Source: a virus
Taxonomy: Duplodnaviria > Caudoviricetes
Strand: one strand, 5' to 3'
Length of the DNA stretch: 26,414 nucleotides
Virus record (IMG/VR): IMGVR_UViG_3300004686_000013
Span: 1-26,414 of that record
The notes under the pieces are model-generated. The model searched no databases. It was given only the letters and a program-made list of their open reading frames with translations, and was not told the origin of the DNA. Positions 15,870 through 24,458 of the stretch are shown piece by piece (within the stretch, counting starts at the first letter, position 1; each line of letters begins with the position of its first letter). The translations under genes and the position numbers were made by a program.

Positions 15870-18155
15870 CTACTCTCCATCTTCCGCAGTTGGCATTCCC
15901 ATCGGCTGCGACATCAAATTAAATATACGATCCTTATGCTTCTCATTGGCGTCATGACGATGTTGTTCCGTCATCTGGCCATGTTGAGCAAGAAGATCCT
16001 TATCCTTGTTTTTCTCGTCTTGGCGGAGCTTGTCAGCATGGACCATTGCAGTTTGCTGAAGCTTCATCGCTTCTAATTGCAATTTACCTTTGCGGTCCTC
16101 AGCATGGTTCTGGGCATCCGTAAACGCCTTCATCTGATCAGTCTTGATCTTCTGAACATTTGCCTCAGTAACCATCGCCTTCGTCTGATTGTCGACCTGA
16201 TTAGACTGGGCCTTTATTTGAACCTCGGCCTGTTTTGCCTGAGCCGTTATCATCTTGGCCTGGGCTTCCATCATCAGTGCAGGATCTTGTTGCGGGCCTT
16301 GTGGTGGTTGTTTACTCCACAGGCTGTCAATATCCTCAATATCTGTCATCTCAAGAATACGACGATCGACTTCCTGCATGTCGTAAAGTTGTGGGTTCTG
16401 AGCGGCAAGTTGTTTGAGTGCAATCGCCTTCTGGATCCTTAATGTCTGAGAAGAACAATTTGGATCAGCCTTCGGGACAATATCGTAATTGTCTAAGGCT
16501 TGCTGGAGTAACTCAGCATCTTTCTGGAACCCTGGATTTCTATTAGATCTCCAAAGGCTCTCCGGATCTCTACGGAACAATTCCTTGAGTAATGAGAATT
16601 CCTTGCCCTGTGCCTGATGCATTCTCTTATGAACGGCATTCAGGACTTTTGTGGCCTGCTCAATCATCGCAATGGTAGATCCTACGGGAATATCCTGCCT
16701 TCCCTCTCCTACGGCCATTTCTGCCGTGCCACCAACACGCTGGGCAGTCTGTTCCACATTCTGGATCATTTGCATAAAGCCGCTGGATATATCCCGATAT
16801 GGAAGCGGGAGAAACGCCTCCTTTAAAGGAACGCCATCGACGTCTAATGGCGCCACTTGTCCTGGCCCAACCCGGATCGTGGTCGTTTGCTGGCGGCCGG
16901 ATGATCGAGCCATAACGCCACCCGGAAAATTAGCCAGCATGCCATTGTCAAGAGCAATTCGCCAAGCCGCTGTAAGAGCGCGATTAGCATTACCAAGAAT
17001 ATGCAAAAGACCGAGGTTAAGACCGGGGAACGACGGAACAAATACATACTCAACGAAGACTTCTTTTCGTGTATAATTTTCATCGCCCTCTTCCCACCAA
17101 CGGCGGATTTCGAGGACTTGCCTGCTGTCCTTGTCTAACGTCACACGATAAGGAAGGGGCAACCCGGTGGCTTCGCCATCTTCTTTATGCTCAAAACCAC
17201 GCAGATCTAACTCACAATAACACTCGTAAATTTCTCTATCGACCTCTCGGTGTTCCATCAAGCTCTTCGGCTCAACACCTGAGATGTTTGCCAGTTCAAT
17301 GTCAACAACATTGCCTAGCGCAAAATTTGTGGAAGTAAGTGCGACGTCTCTCCAAATGCCGGCAAGCTGCATTCTTCTTACGTCTGAAGGCTTCATCTTA
17401 CTACGATGAGTAACCCTGGCGGCCGCTTCAATAGCTACGGCACCTTCGGAAAGGATCAAATCCTTACGGTCAATTGTCTCTGATACAGGACGACGCTTCA
17501 AAGGATGATAATAAACCTTCTTGTATGCCTCTCCACCCAATCCAAGCGAAAAGAACATACGATCAGTATCGGGATAATATTCAGGAGCCCCAGACGTCAG
17601 ATAATGGTTCATGTCTGTCTCAAGGGCGTTTGCCGCTTGATCGAGCTGCTTTATCTGATCACCTTCATTCGAGACCTTCACCGGTCCATCAGCCGGCAAC
17701 AATTCGCCGCGGGCATTTGCCTGGAACCTTAGGACAGCTTCCAATAACAACGGATGCTTAACGACCGAGATGCCCTCGTCATTTGGTTCTGATCTTGGCT
17801 CTTCGAGCTTAATGCCTAGGAGTTCAATTCCCTTGGCGACGTCTTCTAATCTCTGATCCTGACGCGTGCGATCGTCATTGATCAATCTCAAAAGCTCATC
17901 GGCAACGCCAGTGAGAACACCTATCTCGACATGCATCGCCAAATTGGCATCATGATCCTTGCTATCTTCGCTGGGCGCCTGTGGCAATCCGCCAAAGTTA
18001 ATCTGCACCCCGCCATCGGTAAGATCAATTTGAATGACTTGATCGCCCGGCTTTGCCTTTTGCTCAGGTGGCGTGAGGTCTACCTGCTCAGGCTTTTCCT
18101 GCGGCATTCCAGGAGTAGGAACCTGCCGTAAGTTCATCGGGGCTACATTGGCCAT
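15870..18155 (-). CDS. Portal protein
   Basis: 761 aa downstream of TerL; HPLLLEAVLRFQANARGELLPADGPVK, YKKVYY, LPYRVT, GLLHILG, AVHKRMH; coiled-coil C-terminus as in P22-like portals. Confidence 0.9.
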   Translation of the reverse strand: MANVAPMNLRQVPTPGMPQEKPEQVDLTPPEQKAKPGDQVIQIDLTDGGVQINFGGLPQAPSEDSKDHDANLAMHVEIGVLTGVADELLRLINDDRTRQDQRLEDVAKGIELLGIKLEEPRSEPNDEGISVVKHPLLLEAVLRFQANARGELLPADGPVKVSNEGDQIKQLDQAANALETDMNHYLTSGAPEYYPDTDRMFFSLGLGGEAYKKVYYHPLKRRPVSETIDRKDLILSEGAVAIEAAARVTHRSKMKPSDVRRMQLAGIWRDVALTSTNFALGNVVDIELANISGVEPKSLMEHREVDREIYECYCELDLRGFEHKEDGEATGLPLPYRVTLDKDSRQVLEIRRWWEEGDENYTRKEVFVEYVFVPSFPGLNLGLLHILGNANRALTAAWRIALDNGMLANFPGGVMARSSGRQQTTTIRVGPGQVAPLDVDGVPLKEAFLPLPYRDISSGFMQMIQNVEQTAQRVGGTAEMAVGEGRQDIPVGSTIAMIEQATKVLNAVHKRMHQAQGKEFSLLKELFRRDPESLWRSNRNPGFQKDAELLQQALDNYDIVPKADPNCSSQTLRIQKAIALKQLAAQNPQLYDMQEVDRRILEMTDIEDIDSLWSKQPPQGPQQDPALMMEAQAKMITAQAKQAEVQIKAQSNQVDNQTKAMVTEANVQKIKTDQMKAFTDAQNHAEDRKGKLQLEAMKLQQTAMVHADKLRQDEKNKDKDLLAQHGQMTEQHRHDANEKHKDRIFNLMSQPMGMPTAEDGE

Positions 18156-18359
18156 TTACTTCTCGTGGATTGCAAGCCAACCGTGTGGCTCTTCATTAAA
18201 AGGATTGCCGCCGTGATACCAGAACAACTCGCCGTCTATTTTGACGGTCATTGCCCATCCCTCAATACCAGTATCAGACAGGATCTTCACTAAGGCCATT
18301 TTCTGCTCAGGCAATTCATCCATCGGCCTGACAACAGAATGGTCAATAATAAATGACAT
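18156..18359 (-). CDS. Small hypothetical protein (67 aa)
   Basis: ATG 18359 after GAGG fills the gap between TerL and portal; ends 'EPHGW'. Confidence 0.6.
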   Translation of the reverse strand: MSFIIDHSVVRPMDELPEQKMALVKILSDTGIEGWAMTVKIDGELFWYHGGNPFNEEPHGWLAIHEK

Positions 18360-18366
18360 CGCCGCC

Positions 18367-20097
18367 TCAGACGTTATAGACAGGTTTGCTAGTCCGTCGG
18401 TATGAACCTTCGGCCATAGAAATGGCCACAATTTCCTCAGGACGTCTAAGGAGATTGCGTTCTTTGAGATACTTGAGCGCTTGCGTCGAGCTGTCGACAA
18501 GGTCGTCGTGCTTTCCTTTTGGGAAATTCTCAAACTGCGTAATTACCTGATCTGCCCATGCCCTGTCGGGAGAATAAACCTGCCCGCCACTAAACACTGC
18601 TTGGACAGCATAGGCCCTGGCAACCTTATCCGCATTTCCCGGATTAATAAGCTGGACACCCCAATGCTGATTTCTATTGAGCCTCTTAATCTCTTGGGCA
18701 ACCGAAAGGCCACTTGCCTTTGCCTCAATCAGTAACATGTCAACTTTGAACTGATTACAAGTGTGAATGGCCCATTCGACCAATCCCCACTCTTCCATAG
18801 AGCGGCGCTTAAATTCTAACTCAGTCTCTCCGGGACGGCGTAAGATATCCGGGCCATGGATAGGAAGCTTCTTAGCCCAGGAGTGCATTAACATTACCGC
18901 AGGGATAGTATCCCGATCGTCGATGACTTCTGACCTTCCACCCTTATGGTCCAAGATAGCCCTGGCCTTTTGACCGCCTCTTTGCCAAACACCCCAAACA
19001 GTCAGCGCCGAGAAATCATTCTCCTGCTTCTCGCCGTATGCCGTATCAAGGCTAGCAATAATGTAATCCATAGAAGGATAGCTAGCGCCCGAATTAACCC
19101 CTTGAGCAGCCGCCTCGTCGTCATCCCAGAGGTTCCACCATTCCCTCTTGATAATCCCACCGCCACGAGGAGCAGGGGATTGCTGCATTTGTCCTGCATA
19201 TGCATACGGGCCCATAACTAACTTATCACGCTCCAAGACCTCACTCGGAAATCTTTCCGGAAATAAAACCTCTCCCGCTACCTGACGAGGATCGCTAAAT
19301 CCGATCTCAGTCTCGCAGCGACGCAGCGGATCAAATTCCGCAGGCAGCATAAGGTGCGTATATCCAAGGTTCTTCTCAAGGATAACTCCGGAGACATCGC
19401 TCTCATGCAACCGCTGCATGATAACAACAATCGAACTTTTCTCCGGGTTGTTGAGGCGGGTTGGGACCGCTTCAAGAAACCACTCGATCGTCGTCGCGCG
19501 CATCTGATCCGAGGACGCGCTTTCAACTGAATGGGGATCGTCGATGATGACAATGTCGCCGCGAGAGCCAGTAATTGAGCCCGCCGCAACGGCCTCCCTA
19601 AACCCAAGTCGGTCATTCTCAAACTTGGTCTTTGCATTCTGGTCCCCGGTTAATTTAACCCGGTCTCCCCAGTTTTCCTGATACCATTCAGAGGTGATTA
19701 ACCTCCTCATCTTAGTGCTATCTCTAATTGCCAGATTTTGGCTATGCGAGACACAAAGAAAACGGAGATGAGGCTGATTACACGGACCCCACAAATATGC
19801 CGGCCATAGAACAGCTACCAACAAGCTCTTCATGTGGCCTGGAGGAATATTAATCAGCAGCCGATTGATGTCGCCATCCTCAATGGCATTCAAATGCATG
19901 GCAATGGCGTCTATATGCCAACCATGAACATAAGGATTAGAGGGCTCTAAAACATTCCAGGCTTGGCGAATAAACTCTCCGAGGTCTCCCTCAGCAGCCC
20001 GCCTCTTCTCCCTCTTCATCAGCTCCTTCTGAGCCGCCGCTATAAGCGCCAATTTCTGAAGCTGTGGCCGAGATAAATTGTCTAATTTGATCATCAT
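18367..20097 (-). CDS. terL: Terminase large subunit
   Basis: Walker A-like INIPPGHMKS, Walker B IVIIDDPH, VIMQRLHESD, nuclease motifs SLDTAY, IEAKASG and FPKGKHDDLVDS. Exact start uncertain. Confidence 0.95.
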   Translation of the reverse strand: MMIKLDNLSRPQLQKLALIAAAQKELMKREKRRAAEGDLGEFIRQAWNVLEPSNPYVHGWHIDAIAMHLNAIEDGDINRLLINIPPGHMKSLLVAVLWPAYLWGPCNQPHLRFLCVSHSQNLAIRDSTKMRRLITSEWYQENWGDRVKLTGDQNAKTKFENDRLGFREAVAAGSITGSRGDIVIIDDPHSVESASSDQMRATTIEWFLEAVPTRLNNPEKSSIVVIMQRLHESDVSGVILEKNLGYTHLMLPAEFDPLRRCETEIGFSDPRQVAGEVLFPERFPSEVLERDKLVMGPYAYAGQMQQSPAPRGGGIIKREWWNLWDDDEAAAQGVNSGASYPSMDYIIASLDTAYGEKQENDFSALTVWGVWQRGGQKARAILDHKGGRSEVIDDRDTIPAVMLMHSWAKKLPIHGPDILRRPGETELEFKRRSMEEWGLVEWAIHTCNQFKVDMLLIEAKASGLSVAQEIKRLNRNQHWGVQLINPGNADKVARAYAVQAVFSGGQVYSPDRAWADQVITQFENFPKGKHDDLVDSSTQALKYLKERNLLRRPEEIVAISMAEGSYRRTSKPVYNV

Positions 20098-20452
20098 TCA
20101 TCCGACTGAAATCGCCCGGTGCGCCCGTCTCTTTTCTGTCGATCATCAGGCCATGCATCTTGGCCAAACTATCAGCTGCGCCCTTGGCAGCATTAAAGTT
20201 CCCGACCTTCTTGGCATTCACAAGCAGGTCCGCATAAACATTGGTCATGCTTTCTACTGTGACCTTCAGATCAGTCTCAGTAATTTTAAGCAGTTCAAGG
20301 ATCCTTTCGGACACCCTTTTTCTCCCTTTGAGCTTATACGGATTGTCCCAGTGCTTTTTATATCCTGCTGCCTCGTAGGCTTTTAGGGCGGACATGCCCT
20401 TCACTATGTTTTGGCAGAATAATTCCTGCCGAACATTCGGCAAGGCTGGCAT
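19991..20452 (-). CDS. terS: Terminase small subunit
   Basis: N-terminal HTH 'RQELFCQNIVKGMSALKAYEAAGY'; 'LAKMHGL..DRKE.GAPGDF'; directly upstream of and overlapping TerL. Confidence 0.8.
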   Translation of the reverse strand: MPALPNVRQELFCQNIVKGMSALKAYEAAGYKKHWDNPYKLKGRKRVSERILELLKITETDLKVTVESMTNVYADLLVNAKKVGNFNAAKGAADSLAKMHGLMIDRKETGAPGDFSRMNDDQIRQFISATASEIGAYSGGSEGADEEGEEAGC

Positions 20453-20493
20453 GGTAATAGCCCTTTACTTAAATGGATTTTCGGTTATGCATT

Positions 20494-20522
20494 TTTATAG
20501 ATAAATAAGGAGGTTATGTCAA
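20494..20522 (-). promoter_or_regulatory. Near-consensus sigma70 promoter for the terS/morphogenesis operon
   Basis: Minus strand TTGACA-N17-TATAAA, about 40 nt upstream of the terS ATG. Confidence 0.7.
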
Positions 20523-20523
20523 T

Positions 20524-20970
20524 ATGAGTGAAGAGGCATTCAGAAAAGAGCTGGAAATAATAGCGCGAGTTATAGTGGCTAATCCTATAGCTCTTAGGGC
20601 AATTAAACAAGATGATGATTGTGGGGTTAATTACGCATTCGAGGATATGGCAACCAATCAGACAGTAAGATTAGCCAATATCATCCGTCTTGGATGGGAG
20701 TTTGCGAAAAGCAAGGAAATCCCAGTCAGGCTTAGCGAAGTCCAAGATATGCAAACCGTTTCTCTGTCATTAGGTAATATTCCAGCTTCCCTTATCTTTT
20801 ACTGGAAGGATGAATACTGGGGTATTTGTAGACTACCTGGGCCATTCGAGATCAAATGGAAGATCAAACCGCACAAAAAGACGGGCGAGAATTTATACGC
20901 TATCCCATTGAAAGATTTCAAGATTATAGTGAATTACGCCGGAAAGTCAAATACGCTGTTAACCGGTTAA
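20524..20970 (+). CDS. Hypothetical protein (148 aa)
   Basis: Perfect TAAGGAGGT SD upstream; fills an otherwise empty interval; function not recognised. Confidence 0.65.
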   Translation: MSEEAFRKELEIIARVIVANPIALRAIKQDDDCGVNYAFEDMATNQTVRLANIIRLGWEFAKSKEIPVRLSEVQDMQTVSLSLGNIPASLIFYWKDEYWGICRLPGPFEIKWKIKPHKKTGENLYAIPLKDFKIIVNYAGKSNTLLTG

Positions 20971-20995
20971 TGACGCGCTGTTAGCCGGTTAACCG
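20954..20995. repeat. Tandem 17-bp repeat containing palindrome TTAACCGGTTAA
   Basis: CGCTGTTAACCGGTTAA (20954-20970) and CGCTGTTAGCCGGTTAA (20976-20992), 22-bp period. Confidence 0.8.
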
Positions 20996-21086
20996 CCTAT
21001 TCTTGGTGTAGTCTCCCCCATTTGAATACACCAAACGCCAAGTCCACAAAAATTGCACAAATTCGCTGGATCTCGCGTTTTCCTGC

Positions 21087-21114
21087 TTGACTGTTATTAT
21101 TCATTGTGCATAAT
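21087..21114 (+). promoter_or_regulatory. sigma70-type early promoter 1
   Basis: TTGACT-N16-CATAAT, followed by ATGGAGAGACAGATG RBS/start. Confidence 0.7.
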
Positions 21115-21140
21115 ACATCCATCAACTGATGGAGAGACAG

Positions 21141-21431
21141 ATGCACGATTATGACTACGACTTCGATGAACTCCGCCCATTTCCCGGCCTTGAGGTACTG
21201 GCCTATGGAACTGCCAATGTATGCTATTCGACACATAAGAATGGGGTGACTGTAGATTGTGTCAGGGCGATATGGCTTGATCCCACCTATGCAGGGGAAG
21301 ATCTCCGAAAACTGGAACGCAATTCAGAGCTGTTTAAGGCAATCGAAAGAGTATTGATGGATAAATATTCCGGGCATATCGAGGAAAATATTAAAAATAT
21401 GCTTAGAAATTATATTGGGAGGCAGGCATGA
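21141..21431 (+). CDS. Hypothetical protein (early island)
   Basis: GGAGAG RBS before ATG 21141; ATGA overlap with the next gene. Confidence 0.75.
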   Translation: MHDYDYDFDELRPFPGLEVLAYGTANVCYSTHKNGVTVDCVRAIWLDPTYAGEDLRKLERNSELFKAIERVLMDKYSGHIEENIKNMLRNYIGRQA

Positions 21432-21667
21432 ACGACTTTGTATATGTCCTTGAGGTAGAATTCCCTACGCTTCTATCTATGGAAAGTAGAAGGATGGTAT
21501 TTAGCAGCCGAGATGAGGCAGAAACATTTCGGGTCAAAGGCAAGCGAAAAGGCTACTTCGTCAAGCATCTATTGGCCTATCCAATATACACCGCAGAAAA
21601 AGCTAACAGACTGATTGCAGATGAGAAACAGCGCTTCCACAATCTATCACAAGTAGGCGCTTTGTAA
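21428..21667 (+). CDS. Hypothetical protein (79 aa)
   Basis: GGGAGG RBS; coupled to the upstream gene; followed by a terminator. Confidence 0.7.
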   Translation: MNDFVYVLEVEFPTLLSMESRRMVFSSRDEAETFRVKGKRKGYFVKHLLAYPIYTAEKANRLIADEKQRFHNLSQVGAL

Positions 21668-21688
21668 AGGATAATCTCCCTCCCAACT

Positions 21689-21720
21689 TGGCGGCCGGTA
21701 AAATGGCCGCTATTTTTTTT
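21689..21720 (+). terminator. Intrinsic terminator
   Basis: TGGCGGCC-GGTAAAAT-GGCCGCTA-TTTTTTTT. Confidence 0.8.
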
Positions 21721-21732
21721 GCATAATTGTGC

Positions 21733-21760
21733 TTGACTTATCTTATGCACAATGCATAAT
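21733..21760 (+). promoter_or_regulatory. sigma70-type early promoter 2
   Basis: TTGACT-N16-CATAAT, followed by ATGGAGAGACACATG; same architecture as promoter 1. Confidence 0.7.
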
Positions 21761-21792
21761 AGACACATAAGAACAAACCAATGGAGAGACAC

Positions 21793-22092
21793 ATGACCAT
21801 CAATATCGCAGACCGATACGCTCAAGTTAAGATGATGATTGAATGCCTTGAAAACGAACTTAAGACCCTTAAGACACTGGCAATCGCCACTGGCCAAGAG
21901 AAGATCGAAGGCAATGATTTCACCCTCAAAATCAAATACGACGCCGAGCGCAAAAGTCCCATAAAAGAAGCATTACTCCAGTATATGAGCCATCAACAGT
22001 ACGAAAGCTGCCTGAAGGTTACTAAATACGAGCTGATCACATTTCGCTCAAAAGTTGACGTTCCAATTCCATCAAACAAAGAGGCAGCGTAA
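21793..22092 (+). CDS. Hypothetical protein (coiled-coil N-terminus)
   Basis: GGAGAG RBS; 'IADRYAQVK...LENELKTLK'; TAATG overlap with the next gene. Confidence 0.75.
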   Translation: MTINIADRYAQVKMMIECLENELKTLKTLAIATGQEKIEGNDFTLKIKYDAERKSPIKEALLQYMSHQQYESCLKVTKYELITFRSKVDVPIPSNKEAA

Positions 22093-22358
22093 TGCCCATT
22101 AGACAGGTTCCTACAACAAAAAAGGGCTCCCAGTGGGCCCTTAACTCCAAAGCATTTGGAGATGGTTATAGGGAGGCCAAAAACGGCCTCCCATTGGACT
22201 ACGATAAATATTGCACTAAACCAGACGATCAGTGGAACTACGAACGTGGGAGGCTCTTTGCCCACGTATTCGACGGCGAGCTGAAGTATGGAAAAAAAAT
22301 AAACCGCGAAGCTCTTTGGGCGCTTGGAAATGCAATCAGATCCCATTTGATACTATGA
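22092..22358 (+). CDS. Hypothetical protein (88 aa)
   Basis: GAGG RBS; 'AFGDGYREAKNGLPLDYD...QWNYERGRLFA'. Confidence 0.75.
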   Translation: MPIRQVPTTKKGSQWALNSKAFGDGYREAKNGLPLDYDKYCTKPDDQWNYERGRLFAHVFDGELKYGKKINREALWALGNAIRSHLIL

Positions 22359-22775
22359 TAGTATCTCCCTAATAGGAATGAGAATGACGCTTGAACGGCC
22401 ATCATCCCCCGCATTATGGCGGAACCTCCCCTGTCCATAATACCTATGGCATATTTGTATTAAGTGAGGGACAGGGATCATAATGTAAACAAGCGTATTA
22501 TCGTCACGCTTCAATTCATGAACCCAAAAATCAGCTTCAGTCGCAGCTAGTCCAGATTTTTTACCATTATGCCGATATTCAATACAAATGTTACCTGTTC
22601 GTTCCCACTGCCAAGTCTCGGATTTTAATTCTATTTTCCAGTGTTCCTGAGATAAATTTACCCGTTCTAATTTCGCACTTGCAAATACTTCTCCTAGCCT
22701 GCGCTCATTAATAAATGCTTGGCCAAGTTGAATGTCGTATTTCTTGTCTTTGTTAAAGACCATTTTCTGGTCCAT
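22353..22775 (-). CDS. Putative PD-(D/E)XK-type nuclease
   Basis: KIELKSE...TGNICIEY...SGLAATEADFWVH. Start ATG 22775 follows GGGGAAGAG. Confidence 0.7.
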   Translation of the reverse strand: MDQKMVFNKDKKYDIQLGQAFINERRLGEVFASAKLERVNLSQEHWKIELKSETWQWERTGNICIEYRHNGKKSGLAATEADFWVHELKRDDNTLVYIMIPVPHLIQICHRYYGQGRFRHNAGDDGRSSVILIPIREILS

Positions 22776-22787
22776 GTCTCTTCCCCT

Positions 22788-22872
22788 AAAAAAATGACCC
22801 ATCTGGAAAGGAGCTACCAGACGGGCCAAGTCGATGAAGAGACGGGGCGGAGGTATTGCCCCGCAACTCTTC
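22788..22872 (-). ncRNA. Two-hairpin RNA element with anti-SD loops ending in an intrinsic terminator
   Basis: GAAGAG..CGGGGC-AAUACCUCC-GCCCCG.CUCUUC, then GGCCCGUCUGG-UAGCUCCUUU-CCAGAUGGGUC-AUUUUUUU; G-U pairs favour the minus strand. Confidence 0.5.
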
Positions 22873-22883
22873 TATCCGCTTAG

Positions 22884-23414
22884 TTACTTAGCGTCAATCT
22901 TCCAATGATCCGCAAGTGCACTAAGAACCAACTTCAAATCCCTCATCACTTCGTAGTTGGGGATCATACCCATTCCGATACAAAACTTGGAAAGCTCGAT
23001 CTCCATTTCTGGAGCATAGCCCATCAATAAAACCTTAACCTCGTTATATTTCTGCTTGGTTCTTATGTGGCGGTCTACCTCAGCCTGTCCCGCCTCAGTG
23101 TCCGGGTCAATTTCATTACTGATACTTCCCCGCTCTCCGGTGGAAGTCTTAGGAGGTCTCGGCCCTAAAATCATCTGGGCATATGCTTCGGACAATGCGC
23201 CATATCTTTTGGCAGCTTCATATTGTCCATGGTCCAACATGCCGGACAGGAAATATCTCCCGGCAACTGTTCCCCACTGAGCGTCTGCCATGCCGGCGAG
23301 AGCTGCCATCATCAGTCGCTTGGTCGCACAAGGGGAAATTGTTTCTTCTGGTTTGGTTTGGCCTCCGGGATATCTATCAGCATCCAATTTGCGCTTGCGA
23401 CCCGCTCTAGCCAT
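22884..23414 (-). CDS. Conserved phage protein with basic N-terminus (possible late transcription regulator)
   Basis: MARAGRKRK...GTVAGRYFLSG.LD..QYEAA..Y...L.ALADHW. From memory this pattern occurs in alphaproteobacterial (pro)phages; the function is inferred. Confidence 0.65.
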   Translation of the reverse strand: MARAGRKRKLDADRYPGGQTKPEETISPCATKRLMMAALAGMADAQWGTVAGRYFLSGMLDHGQYEAAKRYGALSEAYAQMILGPRPPKTSTGERGSISNEIDPDTEAGQAEVDRHIRTKQKYNEVKVLLMGYAPEMEIELSKFCIGMGMIPNYEVMRDLKLVLSALADHWKIDAK

Positions 23415-24031
23415 TAACCAGCTCCGTTGACGTGAGTAATAACCGCATCCATGCGGGCCGTCTCTATTATCTTTGTGATATCATTTGGATCTTGTGCTAA
23501 CCATTGAACGGCAACCGGACCAATACCCTTAGCCATCCAATATCTGGCCCCAGTGCCAGGCTTACCATTCCAAGATTGCAAATAAGTGAACTGAAGGACG
23601 TTTTGATAGGCTATACCACATTCTACAACAAAGTTAGCTAGCAGATCTTCATATTTTATAATCTGTGTGCCTTTTGCCATTGACCATGGCCAGCATTTAA
23701 AAAAATCCATTTGCGGACTATTCATATACACCCCGCCGATCGTTTCAGTGCAGCCCCAGCCTATCGGAGGGTTCATAATTACTTTCTTGCCGGGATAATC
23801 ATCTCTCCACTCAGCGACCCCAAATCCAGGCCGATACTGATAATACCAACGATCTTTCCAAACCCCCTTGGCATCATAATCATTATACAACATCGAATTT
23901 GTGCCGGGATCATATGAAAATACACTGGTAATAGGATCCATCGACCCGTCGACGGCCGTATAATCAAATCTTCTCAATTCGTCAGTTGTGAAAAATGGCC
24001 AATAATAAGAAACATAAATAACTTTATCCAT
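23414..24031 (-). CDS. Hypothetical aromatic-rich beta protein (205 aa)
   Basis: Coupled on both sides; C-terminal 'YWMAKGIGPV' motif. Confidence 0.75.
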   Translation of the reverse strand: MDKVIYVSYYWPFFTTDELRRFDYTAVDGSMDPITSVFSYDPGTNSMLYNDYDAKGVWKDRWYYQYRPGFGVAEWRDDYPGKKVIMNPPIGWGCTETIGGVYMNSPQMDFFKCWPWSMAKGTQIIKYEDLLANFVVECGIAYQNVLQFTYLQSWNGKPGTGARYWMAKGIGPVAVQWLAQDPNDITKIIETARMDAVITHVNGAG

Positions 24032-24272
24032 CAGAATTCTCCAAAAACTTTAACTTTGGAAGTGTTATTTTGGAATTCCCTCTAGCCTTTTGCCTAGACA
24101 ATATACCCTTTTGAGTAGCAAATACCCTCCTGATCGGATCGTTATGAGAAGCCTCATTAATAAATTCTATTTGCCTTTTGTGTTGCTGTTTCTCTGCAAA
24201 TCGCTCAAATGCATTGTTTTCCATTTCCTCGGTAGTATAATACCTGTAAACCTTTTTCGCCTTCATCTTCAT
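24024..24272 (-). CDS. Hypothetical protein (82 aa)
   Basis: AAGGA RBS; ends 'KITLPKLKFLE'. Confidence 0.65.
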   Translation of the reverse strand: MKMKAKKVYRYYTTEEMENNAFERFAEKQQHKRQIEFINEASHNDPIRRVFATQKGILSRQKARGNSKITLPKLKFLENSDG

Positions 24273-24278
24273 CTATCC

Positions 24279-24458
24279 TTATATTATTAATTCCATAAGA
24301 ACGGCATAGAACCCATGAGGAGGTCCTAGCAAACTAGCAATAATCCAACACTGGCAATACCGCTCCTCAATCTCATTGAATGGGACATATTTAAATATCC
24401 TGATGCTTGAAGCGTCCCATGATGCCGCCACTGGCAACTCGCTCTTTAACCTTGGCAT
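24279..24458 (-). CDS. Small hypothetical protein (start uncertain, 24458 or 24431)
   Basis: The C-terminal part 'FKYVP...W...LGPPHGFYAVLM' fills the gap after the helicase; the longer ORF call overlaps the helicase too far. Confidence 0.45.
   Translation of the reverse strand: MPRLKSELPVAASWDASSIRIFKYVPFNEIEERYCQCWIIASLLGPPHGFYAVLMELII

Noticed and set aside
18930-18985. QRGGQ and HKGGR in TerL as GG motifs
   Set aside because: They lie in a loop of the nuclease domain and fit the consensus poorly. They show that background GG matches occur.
15747-19637. Numerous 60-140 aa alternative-frame ORFs within portal and terL
   Set aside because: Almost entirely overlapped by well-supported genes, with no motifs.
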